IMG/VR virus record: IMGVR_UViG_3300025168_000077
Span: 2,131 to 66,130 of that record
Origin: a virus
Taxonomy: Duplodnaviria; Caudoviricetes
Length of the DNA stretch: 64,000 nucleotides
Reading direction: 5' to 3' (one strand)
The notes below the pieces were generated by a model, which did not search any database, was not told where the DNA came from, and saw only the letters and a program-made list of their open reading frames with translations. The translations under genes and the position numbers were made by a program. Shown here piece after piece: positions 48,760-58,034 of this stretch (its first letter is position 1; every line of letters begins with the position of its first letter).

Positions 48760-49341
48760 ATGGCTATCAACATTCCTCCCGGTGCATTTAAAGACATCCG
48801 TAGTTTCGGAGCTGGCGCACCTGACGCTGGCGTTTACGCAGTAAAGATCTTGCGGATTGAATCCAATCCCAATGACAAGCCTGGTAAGCGTCGGTTCCAC
48901 TTGCAGTTCGACAATGGGTTCACCATGTTCACATTTGTGAATGTTCCCTTCGAGAACGGCCAAGCAATCGCGGGTCTCTCTGAGAACCAAACTCGCGGTC
49001 AACTGGCTAACCTGCGAACAATCCTTGAGTCTCTCGGATACGACGGGTCGACTCTTGACTCGGGTAACGTGACCGATGATTGGTTCCTTCACGCCAACAA
49101 CCACGGTCGCCAAGGCTACGTTGACTTCGTTCCTTCTCAGAAGGGCGTGACCGGATCTTACAACGAGGTCAAGGGTTGGCTTAACCAGTCCGCCTACGAA
49201 GCTCGTAAAGACAACGGTGCTACCGCACAAAGCGCACCTGCCAGTGCTCCTGTGCCTTCCGCCGCGACTAACGGAGTTGCACCCTCCGCTGGTGCTGTCC
49301 TGCCCCCTCCACCAAGTGTGGCTCAGGGCATCATCAGCTAA
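48760..49341 (+). CDS. Putative ssDNA-binding protein (DUF669-like)
   Basis: PDAGVYAVKI, YNEVKGW, flexible tail; position in the module. Confidence 0.6.
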   Translation: MAINIPPGAFKDIRSFGAGAPDAGVYAVKILRIESNPNDKPGKRRFHLQFDNGFTMFTFVNVPFENGQAIAGLSENQTRGQLANLRTILESLGYDGSTLDSGNVTDDWFLHANNHGRQGYVDFVPSQKGVTGSYNEVKGWLNQSAYEARKDNGATAQSAPASAPVPSAATNGVAPSAGAVLPPPPSVAQGIIS

Positions 49342-49353
49342 AGTTGCGGCTTG

Positions 49354-49395
49354 AGTCGTCACTACCACGAGGTCCGGTGGTGGCGGCTTTTATTT
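49354..49395 (+). terminator. Intrinsic terminator after the SSB gene
   Basis: agtcgtcactacc / ggtggtggcggct stem with G-U pairs, then ttttattt. Confidence 0.65.
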
Positions 49396-49498
49396 AGACC
49401 AGGGGAGTTGTCCTTTACTTCCCGGAAAGTCCAGCAGGAAGGCATGTGGATGGTCGAATAGATGCCTTGACCTCAACCCTTACCTTTTAGGAGAAAAA

Positions 49499-49723
49499 AT
49501 GTTTTTAGAGTTTAAACGAAAGCAGCGTTCAATACAGCCCCTAAATACAGACGAGCGAGTGGCCATTAATACTAAGGCAATTGCTTATGTACTTCCCCTT
49601 AAGGGCGAAGGGACTTGCATTGTACTGATGGCTGCGCACCCAGAAGATCCCTCGGTTCTGGTTCAAGAATCCTACGATTATGTTTTAGACAGACTTTTTG
49701 TTGACGCAGACGAGTCGTCTTGA
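49499..49723 (+). CDS. Small FlbD-like protein
   Basis: AINTKAIAYV...GTCIVL...VQESYDYV pattern; AGGAG RBS. Confidence 0.5.
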   Translation: MFLEFKRKQRSIQPLNTDERVAINTKAIAYVLPLKGEGTCIVLMAAHPEDPSVLVQESYDYVLDRLFVDADESS

Positions 49724-49735
49724 GAGTAGAAGATC

Positions 49736-52480
49736 ATGCCCTTTGACCCGACAACACTTGGAGCACGATGTGACGTGTGCCCGTTGGGCCCTAAGGGCGA
49801 TCTTCGTAAAGGTGACTGGAAACCTGTAGGGTGCGAAGTCCACAAGGGAGCCACTGTGCTTGCTGTGGCTGAAAGCCCCGACCCCGAAGAAGTGCAGCAC
49901 GGTCGGCCCTTGGTGGGTCGGTCAGGTGGTGAATGGAATCGAGCTTTAGCTGCTTGTGGTAGGCGGCGGATTGACGTAGACCTCGATCATGTGATCGCTT
50001 GCAAGCTCCCAGGTCAAGCCTCTGGGGCCATGCGTAGACTCGGCAAAGCTGTAGACAAGCTAAACAAGAAGCGAGCTAAGGAAGGTCTTGAGGCGGTACC
50101 TCACCCTCTGACTTGCTGTAGGCCAAGGCTTCTCAACGTAGCATCTCGCTACCCGTCTTTGATTACACTGGGCAAGGTTGCAACCACGGCTCTTACTGGT
50201 GTCGGTAGCAGCATTCAAGCCACCCGTGGCGGACCAATGCGCATCACCAGTGACTGGGGTGTAACCACTGATCCAGACGAAACCGCCCACCGACTCTTAC
50301 CGTCACTCCACCCATCTTTTATTCTACGGTCGCCGAGTTGGCGCCGAGTGCTGCATTGCGACATCGGTAAGGCATTCCGCTGGTTCACTGATACCCTTGA
50401 GTGGACTGACCCCGATGTGCTGTGGCGACCTGAACCAAGCGAGCTTGAAGAATGGTTGAAGCAATCCGCTCCCTTCTGGGCTTACGATGTGGAGACGGAT
50501 GGCATTGAACCCATGGAGTGCAAGCTCCGTACGATTGCGATTGCAACCCCGGACCTGGATGAGAACGGGCGGGTCACCGACAAAGCAGCTGCGACTAAAT
50601 CTAAGGCGGTTGGCGTTAGCATCCTGAGCGCTGATGGCAGGACACACTTTTACTTACCGGAAGAAGAGTGGCGAATCAAAGACATCTTACGCGCTGCTTT
50701 TACAGACGGTCGTGTATGGGTGGGGCACAACGCTGGAAGCTACGACAGGATGGTGATTGAGAACTACCTGGGCATTACACCTGCACCTTTGGTTGACACT
50801 TTGTTCCCTGCACGATTCAGGGCACCTGACCTTCCCAAGGGGTTGAAGACCATCGGCTCTATCTTGACTGACGTGGAACGTTGGGAGACGACGGAGAAGG
50901 GTTCAAGCATTGCAACGGGTAGCACTGACGATGACGAGCTTCTTAGCTACAACATCATTGATACAGTAGTAAACGCTCGGATTACCCTACCGCTGATCAA
51001 GGCGGCCACTAACGCAGGTGCCTTCATACCGATTAGCGAAGGCATTAAACCCAACTCTTGGCCCTCCAATCGCTCATGGAATCTCAACGAGGTTGACCAC
51101 GAGACACAAGTCATGTGCGTGGAGATGCACAAGAACGGCGTCTGGGTAGACCAAAAGCGTAGGTTTGAGCTTGAGACTCGGTTCACTGCGTCTGTTAAGC
51201 AAAGAGAGAAACGACTGGACGACTTCGCTTCGGGGATCAATCCGGGTAGCTACGACCAGATCCGTGACTTGTTCTACAACAAGTGGAAGCTCGGCATTCC
51301 TCCGCAGATGGACGCCAAGGACTTTTACACTGACACGGGCGCACCTGGTACTGGTGACGCTGTGTTGCGCGCTCACATTGCAAGTGGGAACCTGTCAGAA
51401 GAACAGGACGCCTTTATCCGTGAGCTTAGGTTGTACCGCAGAGAGAAGAATAAGATCTTAGGTACGGTGCTCATCCCCTTGAATCGAAGAGACATCGACC
51501 CGAAGAAAGGTGTGGTTTGGGAAGACGGTAGGGTTCGTCCATCGTGGAACGCCCACGTCACCAGTGTGGCCCGCCTGTCTTGCTCGGGCCCTAACCTCCA
51601 GAACATTGGGAACCGTAAGGGGCAGGGGCCATTGAAGACTATCTTCGCCGCTCCTCCTGGGCACATCCTGGTGGGGGCGGACCTCGACCAGGCGCACCTA
51701 CGCATCATTGCCAACTACTGGAAGATCCCTCTCTTGATGGAATGCTTTGAAGAAGGCAAGGATCCTCACAACACACTTGCTCAGAATGTTTTTGGTGAGC
51801 GCTTTGAGAAAGCCAGCGGCTGGGGAGACGACGGCTTTAGCCTTTACAGTAAGCCAGCAGGCGGTGACGCTAAGTCGATGCGCGACGTGTGTAAGACACT
51901 TCGATACGCATCAGCCTACGCTGCGGATCCTGCCACTGTATGGCAAGTACTCACCTCCACTGAGACGGACGACGCCAAGCTACCGTACGTGGGAATGACT
52001 TTGAGAGAAGTCCGCGTCATGCACGAGACCTGGAAGTCCACTGAGCCTGAATGGGCTCAAGCCTGGGACTCCATGAAGAGTGTGTACGAACAACAGGGCT
52101 ACATGGAAGAGCCCATCATGGGTAGGCGAAGCGGCCCCCTTAGTGACGGCAAGCTTCAAGAGGTTGTTAACTTCCCCATCCTTGCGGCTGAAGGATCGAC
52201 CATGCGGTTGGCTGAAGCTCAAGTACGGGAGGCTTACCCCTTTGAGTTTGCGGGACCGGGCACTGGGATGATTCATCAATGCCACGATTCTATATGCGTG
52301 CAGATACCCCTGCCCAAAGGATTCGATCCGATGTGGGCACCCACTAAAGGCGAACCTCTACCACCTGAGATCGAAAAGATGAGACGCACCGTAGAGGAAG
52401 CAATGACTATTAAGATACCGGGTTGGCCCGTTGCGATGACCGCAGAAGCCGACGTGGGTCGAACACTGAAGGACGTATGA
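49736..52480 (+). CDS. polA: Family A DNA polymerase with N-terminal family-4 UDG-like domain and 3'-5' exonuclease
   Basis: UDG: CDVCPL, AESP, GRPLVGRSG, HPSFILR; exo: YDVET, HNAGSYD, YNIID; pol: RLSCSGPNLQN, DLDQAHLR, RDVCKTLRY, CHDS. Confidence 0.9.
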   Translation: MPFDPTTLGARCDVCPLGPKGDLRKGDWKPVGCEVHKGATVLAVAESPDPEEVQHGRPLVGRSGGEWNRALAACGRRRIDVDLDHVIACKLPGQASGAMRRLGKAVDKLNKKRAKEGLEAVPHPLTCCRPRLLNVASRYPSLITLGKVATTALTGVGSSIQATRGGPMRITSDWGVTTDPDETAHRLLPSLHPSFILRSPSWRRVLHCDIGKAFRWFTDTLEWTDPDVLWRPEPSELEEWLKQSAPFWAYDVETDGIEPMECKLRTIAIATPDLDENGRVTDKAAATKSKAVGVSILSADGRTHFYLPEEEWRIKDILRAAFTDGRVWVGHNAGSYDRMVIENYLGITPAPLVDTLFPARFRAPDLPKGLKTIGSILTDVERWETTEKGSSIATGSTDDDELLSYNIIDTVVNARITLPLIKAATNAGAFIPISEGIKPNSWPSNRSWNLNEVDHETQVMCVEMHKNGVWVDQKRRFELETRFTASVKQREKRLDDFASGINPGSYDQIRDLFYNKWKLGIPPQMDAKDFYTDTGAPGTGDAVLRAHIASGNLSEEQDAFIRELRLYRREKNKILGTVLIPLNRRDIDPKKGVVWEDGRVRPSWNAHVTSVARLSCSGPNLQNIGNRKGQGPLKTIFAAPPGHILVGADLDQAHLRIIANYWKIPLLMECFEEGKDPHNTLAQNVFGERFEKASGWGDDGFSLYSKPAGGDAKSMRDVCKTLRYASAYAADPATVWQVLTSTETDDAKLPYVGMTLREVRVMHETWKSTEPEWAQAWDSMKSVYEQQGYMEEPIMGRRSGPLSDGKLQEVVNFPILAAEGSTMRLAEAQVREAYPFEFAGPGTGMIHQCHDSICVQIPLPKGFDPMWAPTKGEPLPPEIEKMRRTVEEAMTIKIPGWPVAMTAEADVGRTLKDV

Positions 52481-52911
52481 ACAAGTCACGCTGGTTCTTG
52501 GCTCACTCGAAGAATGATGAAGACAGTAACATTGACGCATGGTGCGCCGAGGTGCGTGATCTTATGTCAGATGATCTCTGGCAAGCTGAGGTGACTTCGG
52601 GTCGAGACGACTACAAGTCCCGCGCTTCAGCTCTTGGCGGCTGGTCAGCTTGGTGCAGAGACGTATCGATAGGCGAATCATACACCGGTGACCCGATGTT
52701 CCACGGCATCGTTGTACCTGTAAATATGAGTGAGCAAGTCTCTGTGGGTAAGGCTACTGCTCAACTCGTTGAGGGATTCATCAGTCGGAAGAAGCACGCC
52801 TTTGCTTGGTGCGTCTGCGACAAGGTGTTCAAGATTATACTCGGCGTACAACCTATTGAATCAGACGACTGGGTAAGCTGGTCGGTACTTATTCTTGAGG
52901 ACCCAACTTGA
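52477..52911 (+). CDS. Hypothetical protein, possibly NDT/TIR-like flavodoxin fold
   Basis: WFLAHSKND start, GIVVPV, VGKATAQLVE...KKHAFAW; ATGA overlap with polA. Confidence 0.4.
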   Translation: MNKSRWFLAHSKNDEDSNIDAWCAEVRDLMSDDLWQAEVTSGRDDYKSRASALGGWSAWCRDVSIGESYTGDPMFHGIVVPVNMSEQVSVGKATAQLVEGFISRKKHAFAWCVCDKVFKIILGVQPIESDDWVSWSVLILEDPT

Positions 52912-52936
52912 CGCAGCGGTATTAGTACCATACGAT
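52908..52936 (+). promoter_or_regulatory. Sigma70-like promoter with operator-like motif
   Basis: TTGACG-17-TACGAT containing ACGCAGCGGTA. Confidence 0.7.
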
Positions 52937-52989
52937 CCACATTCCATCAGGTGACTGACTCTTGGTGGCACTTACAACTCGGAGACACA

Positions 52990-55008
52990 ATGTCCAAAAA
53001 ACCCGTACGTCCGTACGTCAAATCTGTTTTCAGTAATCTAAAATCACCCCTCCCTTCCGGTGCACCTTGGTCCATCGAGCTTGGTCGGTACACGTTGTTG
53101 GTAGGTTCAAACACCAGCCACAAGAGCAGCGTCATCCAAGCTGTGGAGCTTGCCGCTTCAGGGTCCGTCGATGATGTCGTCGGGCGAAGCGACGTAAAAG
53201 ACTCTGGTCTTCTCATGTCTTTGATCGCCGATGGTCTGGATGAGTTGCACGCCAACGTGTCTCTCTCGGATGATGACAACGGTAGCTTTCGACTCCAAAG
53301 AGATCTTGAGACAGGTAAGAACAAACGACCTCAACACAACGGCCTGGGTGACAATGTACTGACACACCGTGCTGTTCGAGCTGCGTTGTCGGGCTCTGTT
53401 GCAACTCGACGCAAAGCATTCCTGGGATGGATCGGTGGTGGTGTCTCGCAAGAAGACATCTATGCCTGCATTCCTTCTGACCTGCACGCTAAGTTCGACG
53501 ACCTGTGGGGGCACATTGGTCGTGGCCTTTCTCCCATGGACTCATTGATTGCCATCGGTGACTACACAGCCAAGCAGAGTCGAGACCTCTCAAAGCAACG
53601 AAAGAATGCTGAGTCGGTAGTCAGCGAGTTGATTGACGTGAACTTGGATGCTGCCCCTAATGACGATGACATTGAGCGACTTAACCAAGCAGTTAAAAAC
53701 GCTCAGAGTCTACTCGAAGCAGCCGCTGCATGCTCCAACGGGATGCCAGAGTCACTGAGACAAAGCCAGATGGCTGAGTGCGAAGAGGAAATGAATCGCC
53801 TCAAGAACGATATGACTCAGATCAATCATCAAGTGGAGTCACTTCAAAGCCAAGTCGTTTCAGTTCCAGACTACGTGAAGTCGGGCCTTGAGTCATTGAC
53901 CTGGGCGATTGAAAACGAAATCGATCAATGCCCCACATGCAGTAGTCAAGTAGGCTCCGATCACTTGGTCAACTGCCGCGACTTCTTCTCTAAACAAGTA
54001 GACGACGCGTCCGCTGCGAGCACCAGTGTGGTCACCACCATGGCTCAACTTGAATCAGAGATGCAGTCTCGTCGACGAAGCTACGCCGACGTTGAAAGAA
54101 AGCTGACTGACTTGTCCAACACAGCATCAAGCACAGACGCTGGGTTGTCTCTTGAAGATGCACGCGACCGGTTGAACGCAGCGTCTCTTGCGCTGAACAA
54201 CACCATGATTGTTAAGTCAAAGTGGGATCAGATTGTCGCTTCAAAAGAACTGATCGCAAACTTGGAGACAGACACTGAGCGTTACAAGATGCTCAGTTCA
54301 ACGTGCAGCGACGCCATGAAGTCGATCTTGGGTAGTCAGTCAGAGCGATTCACCAAGATGGTGAACAGTCATCTACCCGGTGACTGGTTGTTTGATGTTG
54401 TCCTTAAAGACGAGCGCCTAACCGACACGTTTAAGATCGGCCTTGTGCGAGACGGCAACCTTCACGAGGCTTTGTCTGGAGCAGAGTGGGCCACCGTGAC
54501 CACCGCAATATCGATGGCGGTAATCCAGCTGGGCCTCTCATCGAAGCAACCAGCTATCCTCATCCCTGAAGATCGTGCGTGGGACGGCAAGACACTAAGC
54601 TCTGTCATGCGCAGCTTCCGAAACTTTGATGGCCAGGTCATTATGGCAAGCACAATCCGACCCACGGGGAGAGCGCCTGCTGGGTGGACCATCATCGATA
54701 TGGACAAGAAGTCTTCCTCCTGGTTGGGATCGGGAGAAGAACCTGAGCCCGAAGTTCGTAATGAAGATGTGATCCGTCGGCCAAAGGCATCAACTAAGAA
54801 CGTCGTCACTACCGCCAGTGCGGTTGCTGTATCCATGATGGGGTTCAGCGAGGATGACGTGAAGCTGATGACACGAAAGACGGCAGCCGACATCATCAAG
54901 AAGAACCTGTCACCCGGTGACATCACGGTCTTGGAAGACGGTAGCTACTCATTGAAGAATGGCGGTAAGGTTCTCAACCTCCCCCAACCTCCGAGTCGTC
55001 AATCGTGA
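52990..55008 (+). CDS. Rad50/SbcC-like coiled-coil ATPase with zinc hook
   Basis: GSNTSHKSS (deviant Walker A), central CPTC, LSGAE signature, ILIPED. Confidence 0.75.
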   Translation: MSKKPVRPYVKSVFSNLKSPLPSGAPWSIELGRYTLLVGSNTSHKSSVIQAVELAASGSVDDVVGRSDVKDSGLLMSLIADGLDELHANVSLSDDDNGSFRLQRDLETGKNKRPQHNGLGDNVLTHRAVRAALSGSVATRRKAFLGWIGGGVSQEDIYACIPSDLHAKFDDLWGHIGRGLSPMDSLIAIGDYTAKQSRDLSKQRKNAESVVSELIDVNLDAAPNDDDIERLNQAVKNAQSLLEAAAACSNGMPESLRQSQMAECEEEMNRLKNDMTQINHQVESLQSQVVSVPDYVKSGLESLTWAIENEIDQCPTCSSQVGSDHLVNCRDFFSKQVDDASAASTSVVTTMAQLESEMQSRRRSYADVERKLTDLSNTASSTDAGLSLEDARDRLNAASLALNNTMIVKSKWDQIVASKELIANLETDTERYKMLSSTCSDAMKSILGSQSERFTKMVNSHLPGDWLFDVVLKDERLTDTFKIGLVRDGNLHEALSGAEWATVTTAISMAVIQLGLSSKQPAILIPEDRAWDGKTLSSVMRSFRNFDGQVIMASTIRPTGRAPAGWTIIDMDKKSSSWLGSGEEPEPEVRNEDVIRRPKASTKNVVTTASAVAVSMMGFSEDDVKLMTRKTAADIIKKNLSPGDITVLEDGSYSLKNGGKVLNLPQPPSRQS

Positions 55009-55232
55009 AGTGTTTTACCTGCGGGATAAACACGAAAGTTATAACGACACGAACAGCAGACTCAGCGCCGGGATCAAACCCGTCGTTGATTCGTCGAGGC
55101 AACGAGATTGCAGGTTGGTACACGTCCGAGTGGGTAATCCGCATACGCAAATGCACTCCCTGCAAGAAGACGTGGCAAACGATTGAGATACCCGTGGAAG
55201 ATTTAACTCAGGGCTGGGCCCCTCAGGAATGA
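55005..55232 (+). CDS. NrdR-like zinc-ribbon protein
   Basis: MKCFTCG..TKVITTR...IRIRKCTPC...WQTIE. Confidence 0.7.
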   Translation: MKCFTCGINTKVITTRTADSAPGSNPSLIRRGNEIAGWYTSEWVIRIRKCTPCKKTWQTIEIPVEDLTQGWAPQE

Positions 55233-55286
55233 TGATACGGGCGGCATGATCGAAAGAAACGATTGTGCTGCCCTTTAATCTTCGGT

Positions 55287-55316
55287 TTGACACGCATTGC
55301 GGCGGGTCGATAGATT
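55287..55316 (+). promoter_or_regulatory. Sigma70-like promoter upstream of the DUF927 helicase
   Basis: TTGACA-18-TAGATT. Confidence 0.6.
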
Positions 55317-55438
55317 AACTGAACCGGACCTCGGTTACTTCAGTCACGCTTGCGGGAACGACCAACGGCGATGACTAAGTGTGCGGGGTTGGTAACTGAC
55401 AAGACTATTCAACAAATGACTTTTACAATGGCGGCACA

Positions 55439-57547
55439 ATGGACAACGACAACTCGGTTGAAGAACGATCAACCGGGTCAGCAGCGCAGCAGCAGAACCC
55501 CGGAATCGACACACTACAAACGCTCTTAGCATCCCTTCGGGAAGGTGATGCGGCAACGCAGAGAGCAGCATGGATCAGCGTACAAGATCCAAACGTAATG
55601 ACCAGCCTCGCAGAGAGCTGGCAGTCTGACAACGACACAGCTGAAACACTTCTGATCACAATCGGATCTATCCGTGGCCAAGCCACACGGGCACGCAACC
55701 TTCGGTCTGCCGTCCGCAACTTGTCAGAGTCTCTCGTTCGGCGACGATCAGATGAGATGTTGGATGAACTCGAAGAGAGTCTGTCGGCCAACATGTCTTT
55801 GTCTGTTTGCTTTGGCGAAGCTGGGCCTCCGCCTTCGATTGTATCCTCCGACATCCTTTCTGTTCTTGTTGCTCCTCGTGGCTTTGCTGTTGATGCTGTT
55901 GGCGTTTACCGCCTTTCTGCTTCTCCCGAAGGCGATCTGGTGCGCACTCGCATTGCTGCTGCTCCCTTCTTTATTGTGGGCAGGACCAGCGATGTTCTTA
56001 CTGGCGAGGCCAAGCTGCAAGCTGTGTGGCGTGGTCCTGCTGGATGGTGCAGTCGTGTTGTTAACCGACGCACTTTGATGGACACGAGCAAACTCATCGG
56101 CCTGGCAGACCTGGAAGCTCCGGTCAGCAGCATGAACTTGGCAAACCTTGTCGCCTACCTGGCTGACTTCGAGGCAGAGAATCGCCATCGGTTGTCGGCT
56201 CTTCGGTCTACACCGCGCATGGGCTGGCAGCCTGGGGGAGGGTTCCTTCTTCCAGAAAGCTACTACGCAACGGCAGACGAGTCTGACGAACAACTGGTGC
56301 TGACTCCACCACCTGGCTTTGAGTCTATGTCGAAGGGGTGGACAACTTCGGGGACCTGGGAGGAGTGGCTTGAAGCTGCCTCACTGATCAGTCCTTACCC
56401 ACACATGCACGTTGCCATCTACGCGAGTGTAGCTGCACCTCTCATGAAGGTACTACGGTTGCCTGGTTTCGTGGTTGACTTCAGCGGCGAGACAAGTGGA
56501 GGAAAGACTACTGCACTAAGGTTCGCTGCTTCAGTATGGGGCAAGCCCAGTGAGAACTACCCGACGGCCATGTACTCTTGGGATGCGACCAAGGTTTGGA
56601 TCGAACGGACTGCCGGGTATCTTCAGAATCTCCCGCTGCTTCTGGACGAAACCAAAAGGGCGAAGCACAACGGCATCGTTCGCGATGTCATCTACGACTT
56701 CTGCCAGGGCCAAGGTCGAGGGCGCGGATCAGTGGACGGCACACGCTACACAGATTCATGGCAGTCCATCCTCATCAGCACAGGAGAGGGCGCAGCCACA
56801 GACTTTAGCGAAGACGCAGGAACAAGAGCGCGCGTTCTCTCGCTCAAAGGAAAGCCCCTGGGCGCAGACCCAGACGTTGGCGGTCAAGTCAGCGAGGAAA
56901 CACAGGCGCTGCTCAGCAACAACTACGGCCATCTCGGGCGTAAGGTCATCGAGTATCTGGTCGCGAACCAGCCAAGGCACAACGAGATTCGTGCGGTGTT
57001 CAAGGAAGCACGGGACAAGTACTCTCAGATTGCGAAGACGGCAGTGGCCAGGCGTCACGCTGCTCACCTCGCTGCGCTTGAGATTGCTGCGGGAATCACG
57101 CGTCAACTTGGTGTACCTCCCTGCCAGGAGGATCCGTTTGCCTTCTTGATCGAGTGCCAGGAATCAGCTGGCCGGGATGCAGACCGACCCCTGGCTGCTT
57201 TCCAAGACATGCTCTCCTGGTGCACAGCCAACTCCGTGCGCTTCCATGGACGACACGAGGTGACTGGGCATGGGCACAGCCGTGTTCCTTCTACGGGATG
57301 GGCCGGTCAGTGGAGCAAGGACCAGGACTGGACTGAGCTAAAGATCACAACTCTCACAGTCAGAGAGGTACTCAAGAACCTGGGCCACCATCCTGCTGAG
57401 ATCCTCAACCGGTGGGCAGAGCGGCAGTGGATAGTCGTAGCCCCCGACGGCAAGAACAAACGGAGTCGTCCTGTGCGCATCGAGGGTGCGATCATGCGGT
57501 GCTATTTCGTTAGCCGAGAAGCGATGGAAGCCTGCTTGGGGGACTAA
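55439..57547 (+). CDS. DUF927/Cch-like replicative helicase without a primase domain
   Basis: RMGW, GTWEEW, GETSGGKTT, PLLLDE, GQGRGRG, ISTGE, GTRAR, NYGHLG. Confidence 0.85.
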   Translation: MDNDNSVEERSTGSAAQQQNPGIDTLQTLLASLREGDAATQRAAWISVQDPNVMTSLAESWQSDNDTAETLLITIGSIRGQATRARNLRSAVRNLSESLVRRRSDEMLDELEESLSANMSLSVCFGEAGPPPSIVSSDILSVLVAPRGFAVDAVGVYRLSASPEGDLVRTRIAAAPFFIVGRTSDVLTGEAKLQAVWRGPAGWCSRVVNRRTLMDTSKLIGLADLEAPVSSMNLANLVAYLADFEAENRHRLSALRSTPRMGWQPGGGFLLPESYYATADESDEQLVLTPPPGFESMSKGWTTSGTWEEWLEAASLISPYPHMHVAIYASVAAPLMKVLRLPGFVVDFSGETSGGKTTALRFAASVWGKPSENYPTAMYSWDATKVWIERTAGYLQNLPLLLDETKRAKHNGIVRDVIYDFCQGQGRGRGSVDGTRYTDSWQSILISTGEGAATDFSEDAGTRARVLSLKGKPLGADPDVGGQVSEETQALLSNNYGHLGRKVIEYLVANQPRHNEIRAVFKEARDKYSQIAKTAVARRHAAHLAALEIAAGITRQLGVPPCQEDPFAFLIECQESAGRDADRPLAAFQDMLSWCTANSVRFHGRHEVTGHGHSRVPSTGWAGQWSKDQDWTELKITTLTVREVLKNLGHHPAEILNRWAERQWIVVAPDGKNKRSRPVRIEGAIMRCYFVSREAMEACLGD

Positions 57548-57710
57548 CTTCGGTTGCCCCACTCGCAGGTAGTGCACATCTTGTCACTCGCGAGGTTCTT
57601 CTTCGCCTTCTTCTTGCAGCGCCAGGGACCAACTCTGGTGCTGCACTGAGGGCAACGCGTCCAGTAAAGAGGGAACGACACGCCGTTTGAGTAGTCAACG
57701 TACAGCATGG

Positions 57711-58034
57711 CTAAGCCCTCGCTGGTTCGGGAAGTTCCAACTTCTTGTTGTGACTGCCGCAGCTAATGATCAAGTGACGTATGGCCCAGATTGAAACCAG
57801 GTCCACCACGTCAATGGCAGACTCATCGGTGAAGCTAACAAGCTCAACGTCTTCCACGTACATGACGGCTACGTACTCGTCGTACGATTGCTCGGGGTCA
57901 ACGAGTGTGCCGTCGTCGGTCTTGAATACGATCACGCTTACTGGCTTCTCCAGCCAGTCAGTCATCTTTTCTTCCAACTCCTCCACGGTAATCTTGAGGT
58001 AGTCCAGTTGGCATTGGCTAAGTTCATTGTTCAC
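57711..58034 (-). CDS. Hypothetical acidic protein
   Basis: AAGGAGG RBS; last gene of a leftward operon. Confidence 0.55.
   Translation of the reverse strand: MNNELSQCQLDYLKITVEELEEKMTDWLEKPVSVIVFKTDDGTLVDPEQSYDEYVAVMYVEDVELVSFTDESAIDVVDLVSIWAIRHLIISCGSHNKKLELPEPARA

Noticed and set aside
49396-49485. tRNA-like element (GGTCGAAT and a few stems)
   Set aside because: No cloverleaf, proper T-arm stem or CCA; at most a weakly structured leader.
11116-55008. Genetic-code reassignment, suggested by the missing P-loop Gly in TerL, the Sak4-like and the Rad50-like ATPases
   Set aside because: The three substituted codons differ (AAG, CGA, CAC), other ATPases keep GKT, and long ORFs read cleanly in the standard code.
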